26,205 nucleotides of DNA, from positions 1 through 26,205 of the forward strand of contig JAZDMQ010000057.1 of NCBI GenBank assembly GCA_043800755.1. Direction: 5' to 3'. The position numbers were made by a program, and so were the translations under genes. Within the stretch, counting starts at the first letter, position 1. The number at the start of each line of letters is the position of its first letter. Positions 1-9,039 of the stretch are shown here, piece by piece. The notes below the pieces were generated by a model. The model saw only the letters and a program-made list of their open reading frames with translations. It was not told the DNA's origin and did no database searches. The DNA is from a bacterium. GTDB lineage: Bacteria; Methylomirabilota; Methylomirabilia; CAVQYV01.

Positions 1-137
1 TCCACTCCTGGTTCAATCGGTTCCGCAAGCTCCTGGTGCGGTATGAGAAACTGGCCGAAAGCTATGAGGCGCTGGTTCATTTGGCCGCTGCTATCATCTG
101 TTGGAGGAAGGTAGCACCTATTTACGGATAAGTCCTT
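1..137 (+). mobile_element. Right end of an IS5-family insertion sequence (transposase C-terminus plus likely terminal inverted repeat), cut by the window edge
   Basis: Frame from nt 3 reads HSWFNRFRKLLVRYEKLAESYEALVHLAAAIICWRKVAPIYG*, with the W..R.R.L..RYEK signature of IS5-family DDE transposases. Stop at 129-131 is followed by GTCCT then TAA, which fits an IR overlapping the stop and a TNA-type target. The exact end is inferred. Confidence 0.8.
3..131 (+). CDS. IS5-family transposase, C-terminal fragment (5' end outside window)
   Basis: Manual translation; RFRKLLVRYEK motif; TAA at 129-131. Not in the ORF track. Confidence 0.8.
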   Translation, partial: HSWFNRFRKLLVRYEKLAESYEALVHLAAAIICWRKVAPIYG

Positions 138-192
138 AATCTATCCATCCCAAGGCCGAAGAGCAGGTAAGGAAAGGAAGGTCAGAGCAGGC

Positions 193-873
193 TCAGGAGA
201 GAATCCGCAGGAACTCTTGCAGTTGGGAGAAATCGCGGAGGAGATGGGTTGGCCGGTGCCGCCGCAGCTCCTCCAAGGACTTGGTGCCCGTCGCCACGGC
301 AATGGTCAAGGCCCCGGCCCTCTTGCCCGCCTTGATGTCCAGGGGGGTGTCCCCGATGACGAAGGAAAGGTGCTGATTGGGGCCTCCTCCCACCAGGCCC
401 TTTCCCCTTTCGATGGCCAGGGCCACGATGCGCGGGCGGTCTTCCGAATCGCTCCCATAAGCTCCAAAGCGGAAACAGGTGGAGAGGCCCGCCCGCCCGA
501 GCTTGATACGGGCGCCCGGCTCCAGGTTTCCGGTGGCGATTCCCAGCAACACATCCCTCCGCCCCGACAAATGCCGCAGGAGCTCGACCACGCCGGGGAG
601 GACCCGGAAATTGGGGGAGGTCTGCACCTCCTCCTTTAGGAATCCAAGGTAGGCCCGAGCCATCTCCTTTAACTCCTCCTCGGTGCAATCCCGCCGGTGA
701 AAATGAAGGAAGAGGTTCCTAAGGATGGCAGGATCCGTCATGCCGGAGAAATCCCGCCCCTCCGTCGCCCCAGGAACGCCGTAAAGGAAGGAGAAGGTGC
801 GGTCCATCGCCCGATTCCCCGCCCCTCCCGAGAGGAGAAGGGTGCCATCGATGTCGAAGAGGAGGAGATTCAT
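193..873 (-). CDS. HAD-superfamily hydrolase (phosphoglycolate phosphatase-like)
   Basis: Motif I LLFDIDGTL, motif II IATGN, motif IV VIGDTPLDI. ATG at 873 follows GAGGTGG; GTG at 879 is an alternative start. Confidence 0.9.
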   Translation of the reverse strand: MNLLLFDIDGTLLLSGGAGNRAMDRTFSFLYGVPGATEGRDFSGMTDPAILRNLFLHFHRRDCTEEELKEMARAYLGFLKEEVQTSPNFRVLPGVVELLRHLSGRRDVLLGIATGNLEPGARIKLGRAGLSTCFRFGAYGSDSEDRPRIVALAIERGKGLVGGGPNQHLSFVIGDTPLDIKAGKRAGALTIAVATGTKSLEELRRHRPTHLLRDFSQLQEFLRILS

Positions 874-913
874 GTCCACCTCACGGAGGCCTTCCTCGCC
901 CGGCTGGTGGGAC

Positions 914-1951
914 TCATGCGGCCATTACCGCCTCTATGGCGTTCAGGGCCTCACGGATATCCGGGAATGAGACATCCAAATGGGTAACACACCGGATAAG
1001 GTTCCGGGTGGTAGGATGCACCAGCACCCCGCGGTGCCTCAAGAGGGCAGCGATCTCCTGGGCGGTCTGTCCAGTGCGGGAGACATCGAAGTAGAGGATG
1101 TTGGTCTCCACCTCCGCCGGATTGATGATCACCCTGGGGATCCGGGATAGTCCCTGGGCCAGCTGCTTGGCCTTATTATGGTCCTCCTCCAGTCTTTGAA
1201 GGTGGTGGTCAAGGGCGTAGAGGCCCGCCGCGGCCAAAACCCCTGCCTGTCGGGTTCCCCCGCCGACCATCTTGCGAAAGCGATGGGCCCGCTTGATGAA
1301 TTCCTGCGAGCCCACGACCAAAGACCCGATCGGGCAGCCCAGTCCTTTGGAGAGGCAGACGGAGACCGAATCGAAGGGGGTGGCGTATTCGGCAGGACTC
1401 GTCTTGGAGGCGACGCAGGCATTCCACAGGCGCGCCCCGTCCATGTGCATCCGCAGACCTTTGTCCGAGGCCAGATCGGCCACCTCGCGGATCTTTGTCA
1501 AGGGGAAGACCGTGCCGCCCCCCCGGTTATGGGTGTTTTCGATGACCACCAGGCGGCTCACCGGAAAATGGACATCCTCCACCCGGATGGCTGCCTCGAC
1601 CTGAGCGGCATCGAAGACGCCCCGGTTCCCGGGGATGGCGAAGAACTGTACCCCGGAGAGCATGGCGCCGGCGCCCCCCTCGAAGTTCATGGCGTGGGAG
1701 CTGGCCTCGATGATCACCTCGTCTCCGGGCTGGGTGTGGGCCTTGATGGCTAACTGGTTTCCCATGGTTCCCGACACCAGAAAGAGGGCGGCTTGTTTAC
1801 CCAGGAGCCTGGCAGTTTTCTCCTGCAGGGCATTGACGGTGGGATCCTCCCCAAAGACATCATCCCCCACCTCCGCCTCCAGCATAGCTTGGCGCATCTC
1901 TTGTGTGGGTTTGGTTACGGTATCGCTGCGCAGGTCAATGGTCCTTCCCAT
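914..1951 (-). CDS. ltaE: Low-specificity L-threonine aldolase
   Basis: [39 protein letters not shown] and the PLP-lysine motif CLSKGLG. Confidence 0.95.
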   Translation of the reverse strand: MGRTIDLRSDTVTKPTQEMRQAMLEAEVGDDVFGEDPTVNALQEKTARLLGKQAALFLVSGTMGNQLAIKAHTQPGDEVIIEASSHAMNFEGGAGAMLSGVQFFAIPGNRGVFDAAQVEAAIRVEDVHFPVSRLVVIENTHNRGGGTVFPLTKIREVADLASDKGLRMHMDGARLWNACVASKTSPAEYATPFDSVSVCLSKGLGCPIGSLVVGSQEFIKRAHRFRKMVGGGTRQAGVLAAAGLYALDHHLQRLEEDHNKAKQLAQGLSRIPRVIINPAEVETNILYFDVSRTGQTAQEIAALLRHRGVLVHPTTRNLIRCVTHLDVSFPDIREALNAIEAVMAA

Positions 1952-2024
1952 GGCGTCTCACCCTTTCCAATCCGAGTCGATCCCAAGGCACCCTTTTGTA
2001 TATCTCCCTCCCGATCTCCCCTCC

Positions 2025-2053
2025 TGATTACTCCATCCCCCTTCGTTTGTCAA
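2025..2053 (-). promoter_or_regulatory. Putative sigma70 promoter for ltaE-HAD
   Basis: Minus-strand TTGACA (2053-2048), 17-nt spacer, weak -10 TAATCA. Confidence 0.4.
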
Positions 2054-2295
2054 GACTGGTACAGGTGGCGGGGGAGGAGGGCGGCCCCTGCTGCGAAATA
2101 CCCTTGCAGGAGGTGGCGGTTTCGGGTATGATCAAGAAGGATTAGGAACACCGCATGTCCAGCTGACCGACACCGTGGGCCCCCACTTCCGGCGATTATG
2201 AGCAGATCAGGCTCGGAAAGTCAATTTCCTGCTCAAAGATGGATAAGGGAAAAGGGGCCTGGTGGGGGGGTGCCTTTCCTGGAGGAGGATAAAGA

Positions 2296-2754
2296 ATGCT
2301 GATCCAGCTGGAGAAAATCCTCTTTCCCACCGACTTTTCCGAGGCCTCGGAGAACGCAAAGAGGTACGCCATCTCCTTTGCCAAGGCGTTCGGAGCGCGG
2401 CTTTATCTGCTTTCAGTGGACCAGCGCATTGATATGGCCTTCCTCGATCCCCTCATCATCTATGACCTGAATGCGAATCGGGAATCTGTGCAGCAAGAGA
2501 ACCTGGAGCGTCTGAGGGCGGAGATTGCCCAGCAGGGCATCGAGGTGGTGACCGAGACCCGTCGTGGCTCACCCTTCTTGGAGATTATCTCTTATGCCCA
2601 GGAGAAGGAGATCGATCTCATCATCATGGGGACCCACGGCTGGTCCGGTTTGGACCATGTGCTTATGGGGAGCACGGCGGAGGTGGTGGTGCGAAAGGCC
2701 CCCTGTCCAGTGCTTACCGTGCGTCCCGCCGTCCACGACTTCATCCGGGCCTGA
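2296..2754 (+). CDS. Universal stress protein (UspA family)
   Basis: KILFPTDFSEAS, DLIIMGTHG, LMGSTAEVVVRKAPCPVLTV; RBS GGAGGAGG. Confidence 0.95.
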   Translation: MLIQLEKILFPTDFSEASENAKRYAISFAKAFGARLYLLSVDQRIDMAFLDPLIIYDLNANRESVQQENLERLRAEIAQQGIEVVTETRRGSPFLEIISYAQEKEIDLIIMGTHGWSGLDHVLMGSTAEVVVRKAPCPVLTVRPAVHDFIRA

Positions 2755-2765
2755 GGAGGCTATCC

Positions 2766-2980
2766 GTAAGGATCACCCAGGTTAAGGCCCAGGTGCTCTG
2801 CGCTCCCTTGTGGGAGAATGCCTGACTCGCCTTGCCCCTTCTGCCTTGGTCAGCATCATTGAAGAGATCCTGGTGCAGCCGATGGTGTTGACCTGCGATG
2901 GCCGAGTGGAAATCCCCCAAGGGCCCGGTCTGGGCATCGAGTTGGACCCAAAGGCGCTCGATAAGTACTCTGTTCGCTGA
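2766..2980 (+). pseudogene. Internally deleted mandelate racemase/muconate-lactonizing enzyme (enolase superfamily) remnant
   Basis: RBS GAGGAGG, then GTA AGG ATC ACC... = VRITQVKAQVLCAPL, resembling the family N-terminus but without a start codon. Another frame reads EILVQPMVLTCDGRVEIPQGPGLGIELDPKALDKYSVR*, a typical C-terminal PGLGIELD motif. Confidence 0.7.
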
Positions 2981-3109
2981 CCACCCTCCTTCATGATCTG
3001 ACCAAAACCGAATCTGGAATCTGGTTCGCCTTTTGCCTTGACAGGCAGCGTTGCCGCTGGGCAGTATTCTCAAGGGAGTTAGCTCCACCAGAAAGGAAGG
3101 AGAAGACCT

Positions 3110-4492
3110 ATGGGTAAACCTCTTTGGGTTTCCGTCTTCCTGCTGCTCCTCCTGTCCCAGGGAGGGGTCTGGGCTTCCGACCTCTCAGAGTACCATTATG
3201 CCGCCGCGACGATCAAGTGGCAAGCAGGGGATCTCCAGGGTTGCCTTGCCGACCTGTGGGTCGCCGCCTCGGAGGACCCGAACAACCCAGATATTCAACT
3301 CCTCCTGGGCAGGGTCCTTCTCCAGACGAAAGAGGTGAACGGGGCGCTGGCTGCCCTGCAGAAGGCAGTAGATCTGGACCCGCAAGGGGCCGAGGCCCCT
3401 TTCTACCTGGCCCTGGCCTGTTCGGGCTCCGGAGATCTGCAACGAGCCCTCCTCTATTTTGAGAAGGCCCGCACCCTGGACCCCTCCCTGACCCAGGCCT
3501 GCCTTTATCGGGAAGGGATTGCCCTCCTCCAGCTCAATTCCCGTTCCGTGGCCAGAGAGAAGTTCGAAGAAGCGAGAAGGATTGATCCGGAGAGCGTTTA
3601 TGGTCGTTCGGCCCAGGATTATCTGCGCCTGCTGCAGGTAAAATGCCTCAATCTTTCTGCCACCGCCGGGATCGAGTGGGACAGCAATGTGATCCTCAAG
3701 CCGGAGGAAGGAACCTACCACTATCATCTGCCGAAGAAGTCAGACTGGTCCGTCCCGATCCTATTGGCCGCGGAATATCGACCCTGGACCGGAAGCAAAG
3801 GAGTCGTGGGCCTTCGTTATAACTTTTATCAGAACCTACACTTTCGCCTTCACGACTACGATGTGACTAACAATGCCGGCGAGGTCTTTGCCGCATATAA
3901 TTGGGGCCCCCTGAGTATCAGGCCCCATTATCGTTACGAATACACCCATTTGCACTGGAACCCCTTCTCCCAAGTGCACGAGGGAGGTCTCGATCTCTAC
4001 ATCCCTGAGACCGCATCCCTCTCCCTCCAGCCCTTTTATCGTTATCAATACCGGGATTTCCTTTATCCCATCAATCCCGAGAATGACAGAGATGGAAGCT
4101 TCCATCAGGCAGGAGCGTTCCAATACCTCTATTTCTCGGAGGGTAAGAGCTACTTTCGCCTTGGTGGTCTCTACGAAAGAGACTTCCCCGAGGGGAAAAA
4201 TTATGACGAGGTGGGAGGGAAGGCCATGGCAGGCTTCCGCCTCCATCTCCCCTTATCCATGACCTTCAATGCAGAAGGGGAGTATGGGCGCCTCTTCTTT
4301 CGCCAATTGAACACTCTGTTCCACCGGCACCGGACCGATACCCTTTACTCCTATTATCTGCAGCTGAGAAAGGATTTCCTGTGGGGGCTGAGTGCATCCG
4401 TCCGTTTCACCCATTTGATTAATGATTCGACGATCAAGGATTTCGAATACCATCGCACCATATCCTCTCTGTTTCTTTCCTGGAATTTTTGA
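3110..4492 (+). CDS. TPR-repeat outer-membrane beta-barrel protein (Slam/DUF560-like architecture)
   Basis: Signal peptide; several TPR repeats (ALQKAVDLDP, FEKARTLDP); GIEWDSNV barrel-start motif; aromatic-rich beta strands; C-terminal LSWNF BAM-type signal. Confidence 0.8.
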   Translation: MGKPLWVSVFLLLLLSQGGVWASDLSEYHYAAATIKWQAGDLQGCLADLWVAASEDPNNPDIQLLLGRVLLQTKEVNGALAALQKAVDLDPQGAEAPFYLALACSGSGDLQRALLYFEKARTLDPSLTQACLYREGIALLQLNSRSVAREKFEEARRIDPESVYGRSAQDYLRLLQVKCLNLSATAGIEWDSNVILKPEEGTYHYHLPKKSDWSVPILLAAEYRPWTGSKGVVGLRYNFYQNLHFRLHDYDVTNNAGEVFAAYNWGPLSIRPHYRYEYTHLHWNPFSQVHEGGLDLYIPETASLSLQPFYRYQYRDFLYPINPENDRDGSFHQAGAFQYLYFSEGKSYFRLGGLYERDFPEGKNYDEVGGKAMAGFRLHLPLSMTFNAEGEYGRLFFRQLNTLFHRHRTDTLYSYYLQLRKDFLWGLSASVRFTHLINDSTIKDFEYHRTISSLFLSWNF

Positions 4493-4518
4493 GCCGAGAT
4501 CTCGGAGGAGGAACTTCC

Positions 4519-5532
4519 ATGAAAGCTGATAAGGATCTCTCCCACAAGCTCTTCCAAGCCACCTTCTCCGTAGGGGTTGCCCTGATCCTCCTCCTTTCTC
4601 TCGTCCTTGGCGCGAGTGCGGGCCAGGTGGGGAAGGTGATCGCCCTGCAGGGAAAGGTGGAGCTTAAGAGAGAGAAGGAGGCGGACTTCCATCAGGCCCG
4701 GATCTCAGAAGATGTCTATGAGAGGGACCTGGTCAAGACCGGGCCGGGCTCCAAGGTGAAGATCTTTTTGGGAGACGACAGCCTCCTTTTTCTGGCCGAG
4801 AATTCTCAGATACAAGTCAAGGAGTTCGCCTATAAGCCCGCTCAGAGATTTCGCCGGGCCCTGGTGAAGGCCTTTGGCGGAAAGATGCGATTTCTGGTTT
4901 CCAAATTGATGAGTCCGCAGAACTCGCGGTTCGAGGTGGAGACGACGACTGCGGTGATGGGGATTAGAGGAACCGATGGAATTGCCGTGATGAAGAGTCC
5001 CACCCAGGCCATCTGCCTCACCGGAGAGATCTATGTGCACGGCCTGGGATTGACCAAGGAGGTCCTCCTGACGCCTAACCTGATGACCATGGTAGAGGCG
5101 GGTAAGGACCCGATTCCTCCCTACCGCGTGGCAACGGAGTATTTGCAGCAGCTGCTGGGGGAATTCCGGATTCGACCCTCCCTCAGTGGCGGAGCAGAAG
5201 GGGGTCCTCCCTCGGGGGGACCTTCGGTTTCTGGCGGAGGGCCGGGAGGGGGAGGGGGGGGCGGAGTGATGACCGGAACCGTCGAAGCCTGGAGCATTAC
5301 CGTTTCCCCAGGTGGCCGCTTTCCCGGGGGGTCAGGTGGTATGACGGAGACCCCCCAAGCATGGCCTATTGGTATTGGGGGGCCAGGATTCATGACCGAT
5401 ACGCCCGGAGCCTGGGGCCCTCCATTGCTTTTGGAGCCCCCGGCAGGGATGGAGCCGCCTCCAGCCCAGCATCACCCCCACACTCACCCGGGTGGCCCTA
5501 TCAATCCGCCCGAGGGGCCGCCTTACGAATGA
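4519..5532 (+). CDS. Exported FecR-domain protein with a Gly/Pro-rich C-terminal tail
   Basis: ATG 4519 after GGAGGAGG; hydrophobic signal ending ASA; FecR-like motifs D.VKTGPGS, L.ENS, TTTAVMGIRGT. Confidence 0.85.
   Translation: MKADKDLSHKLFQATFSVGVALILLLSLVLGASAGQVGKVIALQGKVELKREKEADFHQARISEDVYERDLVKTGPGSKVKIFLGDDSLLFLAENSQIQVKEFAYKPAQRFRRALVKAFGGKMRFLVSKLMSPQNSRFEVETTTAVMGIRGTDGIAVMKSPTQAICLTGEIYVHGLGLTKEVLLTPNLMTMVEAGKDPIPPYRVATEYLQQLLGEFRIRPSLSGGAEGGPPSGGPSVSGGGPGGGGGGGVMTGTVEAWSITVSPGGRFPGGSGGMTETPQAWPIGIGGPGFMTDTPGAWGPPLLLEPPAGMEPPPAQHHPHTHPGGPINPPEGPPYE
5269..5415 (+). repeat. Three copies of a peptide motif MT-x-T-x-x-AW in the FecR protein tail
   Basis: MTGTVEAW (5269), MTETPQAW (5341) and MTDTPGAW (5392), separated by Gly/Pro-rich linkers. 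Confidence 0.7.
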
Positions 5533-5585
5533 CGCTTGCCGTGAGCGTTTCCGAGAGGTCGTGGCGTTATCGGTATATGTAGGAC

Positions 5586-5599
5586 CCCTGGAACCAGGG
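5586..5599. terminator. Short hairpin downstream of the FecR gene, possible terminator
   Basis: CCCTGG-AA-CCAGGG inverted repeat about 55 nt after the stop; no clean U-tract. Confidence 0.3.
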
Positions 5600-6096
5600 A
5601 TCGTTTGCCCTAATTTTTGAAAGCCCCCGTGCCCTTTCCTTCGAGGGGTGAGGAGTTGTTGAAGTCGCCATTCGGCGTCTTGTTCATCATTCCCTGCTCC
5701 AGGTCTGGCCAATTCACCAAAGGATGGCGTTGGTCCCCCACATGGAGCCAAACCTGCCGCTTTCCCTCGCGAGATTCGAGGGAGACGATGGCACCTGGAT
5801 AGAGATCGAAGGGGTTCATGGTGGGTTTACCTCGATTTCTGTAAAAGTCAGGCCGCTCTCACTGCTGCTTGAGCAAGAAACATACCAGGAGACCCACCAA
5901 GAATCTCCTCCCTTCCAAGCCGCTATTGAGGCTGCTAAGCGAGATGCTTGGCCTTCATGGGGGTGCTCCAGCCGGGGCAAAACCTGCCAATCTGTCGGGC
6001 CTGGCGGCATTTTCCTCCCCCCCATCCTTAGATTGAGCAATCCGGGAGGGGAGAGATGATCCGGCATCAGGCGCTGAGGACGGAGGAGAGTCCTCC

Positions 6097-6255
6097 CTAC
6101 CGCGGCCCCAGGATTGTGCTCTCGTTTAGGCCCCGATAGGGATAGATCGGCTCACTGGGGGCCATTCTGAGCCCGGATGAGCAAGCCGAGGCCAGCAGAT
6201 AGAGCAGGGCCAAGCCTGTCCAAAGAGATCTCTTCCAAAAATGTCCAGATGTCAT
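6097..6255 (-). CDS. Small putative lipoprotein (52 aa)
   Basis: Strong RBS AAGGAAAGGAGG just after the mutY stop; MTSGHFWKRSLWTGLALLYLLASA-CSSG has a basic n-region, hydrophobic h-region and lipobox-like cysteine. Confidence 0.65.
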   Translation of the reverse strand: MTSGHFWKRSLWTGLALLYLLASACSSGLRMAPSEPIYPYRGLNESTILGPR

Positions 6256-6271
6256 GGTCCCTCCTTTCCTT

Positions 6272-7390
6272 TTACTGATGCCGCCTGATCGAGATCGACT
6301 CCGCCCTAGTCCTGTCGTTGACGAAATCGGCGATTCGCCGCTGGGAGGCGGAGAGGGGATATCGCTCGAGCTCTTCCGTCCGGACCCATTGGAGGTCTGC
6401 CCGGGATGCCCTTCCCGGTTTGCGACAGCGACCGTGAAAGACCTGGATCCCCTCCCGGAAATGGGTATAGGCGTGGAGGAAGGAAAGGATCTCCTCCTCC
6501 AGCTCGACCGATAGGCCACATTCTTCGGCGAGCCTCTGGGAGAGCAGGGGGCGGGCCGGAGCGGTCCCCTCGAGATGCCAGCCGGGGAACTCCCAAAGCC
6601 CGCCTAAAAGGCCTGGAGAAGGTCGGCGGCAGAGAAGGACCCTTCCCTCCCACCAGATGACAGCTACCGCTTTCTCCCGGTGCGGGAGGGGTAAAGCCCT
6701 CCGGGGCTGGGGAATCCGGTCTTGGGCGTTGAGGTGGAAGGCCTGGCAAAACGAGGGCAGGGGGCACCCGGGGCAAGAGGGGGCCTTTGGGGTGCAGACC
6801 AGGGCCCCAATGTCCATGAGGCCCTGATTGAGAGGGCCGGCTTGCCTTTCCGGAAGGATGCCTTCGGACAGTTGCCAGAGCAGGCGGCTCACTCGAGCCT
6901 GCCGGGGATCCTCCTGCACCGCATAGATGCGGCAGAGCAGCCTTTGCACATTGCCATCCAAGATGGGGGCCTGCTGATTGAAGGCTATGCTGAGGATTGC
7001 CCCGGCCGTGCTCCTGCCGATTCCGGGAAGGGAGAGGAGATCCCCCATCTGATCCGGGACCAAGCCCTTGTGCCTCTCCATGATCAATCGGGCTGACTGG
7101 TGCAAATGGCGAGCCCGTGCGTAATAGCCCATACCCTCCCATTGCTTAAGGACTTCTTGCAGGTCTGCCTCGGCCAGATGCGTCACAGAGGGAAAGGCCT
7201 GGAGAAACCGTTCGTAATAGCGGATCGCTGAGGCGACCTGAGTCTGTTGCAGCATCACCTCCGAAACCCAGATTCGGTAAGGGTCTCGCACGTTACGCCA
7301 AGGCAGCCTTCGGCCATTTGTTCGATACCAAGAAAGCACCTTGCGGGCAAATAAGCGCTTGGACTCAGTAGAATCAAGACCAGGCGTCAA
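6272..7390 (-). CDS. mutY: A/G-specific adenine DNA glycosylase MutY
   Basis: LPWR, PYRIWVSEVMLQQTQV, GMGYYARAR, HhH LPGIGRSTA, DGNV, the 4Fe-4S motif CTPKAPSCPGCPL..FC and a C-terminal NUDIX-like domain. Start TTG 7390 is inferred. Confidence 0.95.
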   Translation of the reverse strand: MTPGLDSTESKRLFARKVLSWYRTNGRRLPWRNVRDPYRIWVSEVMLQQTQVASAIRYYERFLQAFPSVTHLAEADLQEVLKQWEGMGYYARARHLHQSARLIMERHKGLVPDQMGDLLSLPGIGRSTAGAILSIAFNQQAPILDGNVQRLLCRIYAVQEDPRQARVSRLLWQLSEGILPERQAGPLNQGLMDIGALVCTPKAPSCPGCPLPSFCQAFHLNAQDRIPQPRRALPLPHREKAVAVIWWEGRVLLCRRPSPGLLGGLWEFPGWHLEGTAPARPLLSQRLAEECGLSVELEEEILSFLHAYTHFREGIQVFHGRCRKPGRASRADLQWVRTEELERYPLSASQRRIADFVNDRTRAESISIRRHQ

Positions 7391-7544
7391 GGCGGGCCCC
7401 CTTTCCCCTATGAAGTCCTGGCAGGTAAAATGGATCAGTCGAGCAGGGCCTGGCCATCCCTTATCGCTTAGGAGTAACACAGCCTTCTGTCCGCGACAAG
7501 GGGTTTTTGAGATTTTCCCCGAGGCCTCGCTCCCCAAAATTGTC

Positions 7545-7573
7545 TTGACAGGGGCGAAGTCGAATGATAGTTA
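7545..7573 (+). promoter_or_regulatory. Putative sigma70 promoter of the carrier-selD-JAMM operon
   Basis: TTGACA 7545-7550, 17 nt, then TGa-TAGTTA (extended -10-like, imperfect). Confidence 0.5.
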
Positions 7574-7654
7574 GCCGGCCGTGCCTCCCGGTTGCTTGGG
7601 GAGGCGGGATGCGAGGTGAGGTAAGATTTCTGAGGCGCAGGGGGGAGGAAGGGC

Positions 7655-7933
7655 ATGGCCGTTTCCGTCCTTATCGCCTCTTCCTTCCATAAGCTGACCG
7701 GCGGTCGGGGAAGGGTGGAAGTAGAGGGAAAGGACATGGCGGAGTTGATTGAAGCCCTGGAGTCTCGGTTTCCGGGGATGAGGGCTTCCCTCCTCAACGA
7801 ACGGGGACAGGTCTTCCGCCACCTCAACATCTACCTGAACGAGACGGATATCGAGGCCCTGGATGGACTCGCCACCTCTCTTCGCCCGGGGGATCAGGTG
7901 GCAATCGTCCCCGCCATCGCAGGGGGCAGCTGA
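7655..7933 (+). CDS. MoaD/ThiS/CysO-family ubiquitin-like carrier protein with masked C-terminus (GG-S)
   Basis: Beta-grasp pattern LESRFPG...NIYLNETDIEALDGLATSL.PGDQVAIVPAIAGGS; RBS GGAGG. Confidence 0.9.
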   Translation: MAVSVLIASSFHKLTGGRGRVEVEGKDMAELIEALESRFPGMRASLLNERGQVFRHLNIYLNETDIEALDGLATSLRPGDQVAIVPAIAGGS

Positions 7934-7989
7934 GGATGAAGCCGATGGAGAATAATGGGAAAAAGGAAAGGGAAGCCGAGGAGGAGGGG

Positions 7990-9039
7990 GTGAGCCAAGC
8001 GCAGCCGGTGCGCTTGACCTCCTTCTCCCATGGGGCGGGGTGAGCTTGTAAGGTCAATCCCTCCGACCTGGCGCAGGTCTTGCGCCTCATCCCCTCCGCT
8101 TGCGATGCAAGGCTCCTGGTGGGCCCGAACACCCTGGACGACGCTGCAGTCTACCTGTTGCGCGAAGGTCTGGCCTTGGTCCAGACCGTCGATTTCTTTA
8201 CCCCGGTGGTGGACGATCCCTATTCATTTGGGACCATCGCCGTCGCCAATGCGTTGAGCGATGTCTATGCGATGGGGGGAACGCCCCTGACGGCGCTCAA
8301 TATCGTGGCTTTCCCTTCCCGCCAGCTCCCCTTGGAGATCCTGGTGGAGATCCTGAAAGGCGGGGCGGCCAAGGCAGAGGAGGCCGGGGTTTGCATCGTA
8401 GGGGGACACACCATCGACGATCCTGAGCCCAAGTATGGCCTGGCGGTGACCGGCTTGGTCGATCCTCAGCGAGTGGTGACCAACAGTGGGGCAAAGGCGG
8501 GATGCCTTTTAGTCCTGACCAAGCCGCTGGGCATAGGGATTATCACCACCGCAATCAAGAGGAGACTGGCCTCCGCGCAACTGATCGCTGAGGTGACCAG
8601 GGTGATGGCCGCCTTGAATAGGGGGGCTGCAGAGGCCATGTTGGAGGTAGGGGTGGATGCCTGCACCGATGTCACCGGCTTCGGGCTTTTGGGGCACCTC
8701 TGGGAGTTGACGCGCGCCAGCGGCGTCGGAGCCAGGGTGTATTTGAATAAGGTTCCGGTGATGGGAGAGGCTTGGGGGTTGGTCCGGGAGGGGGTTGTCC
8801 CCGGCGGCACCCGGGCGAACCATCAATTCCTGCAGGAAGGAGTGATTTGGGAGGATATCTCCCCGGAGGAGCAGCTTCTTCTCTGCGATGCCCAGACCTC
8901 GGGGGGCCTCCTCATTGCCGTTCCTCCTGAAAAATCTGGACAACTGCTGCAGGGGTTGCGCAGGGAGGAGGCGTTAGCAGTGGCCGTGATCGGGGAGATC
9001 ACCTCCGATGATCCTCCCCATATCAGGGTGAAGAGGTGA
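7990..9039 (+). CDS. selD: Selenide, water dikinase SelD, selenocysteine-containing (TGA at 8041-8043)
   Basis: Frame is open upstream of the ORF-track start: RLTSFSHGAG-TGA-ACK matches the SelD active-site motif G-U/C-x-C-K. DFFTP, DVTGFGLLGH and AQTSGGLL motifs present. GTG 7990 follows GAGGAGG; in-frame ATG 7936 is an alternative. Confidence 0.95.
8065..8079 (+). promoter_or_regulatory. Bacterial SECIS apical hairpin of selD
   Basis: GACCTG-GCG-CAGGTC perfect stem with a G-starting loop, beginning 21 nt after the in-frame TGA. Confidence 0.75.

Noticed and set aside
2054..2250. Possible gene remnant upstream of the USP gene
   Set aside because: Short stop-interrupted peptides with no family I can recognise.
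3038..3070. TTGACA...TATTCT promoter for the TPR-barrel gene
   Set aside because: The spacer is 21 nt, too long for a standard sigma70 promoter.
5820..5960. Minus-strand in-frame TGA upstream of ORF 5610-5819 as a second selenoprotein
   Set aside because: No redox or Cys-homologue context, no convincing start and no clear SECIS.
7391..7537. N-terminal extension of MutY
   Set aside because: No MutY-like sequence; it runs into the divergent promoter region.
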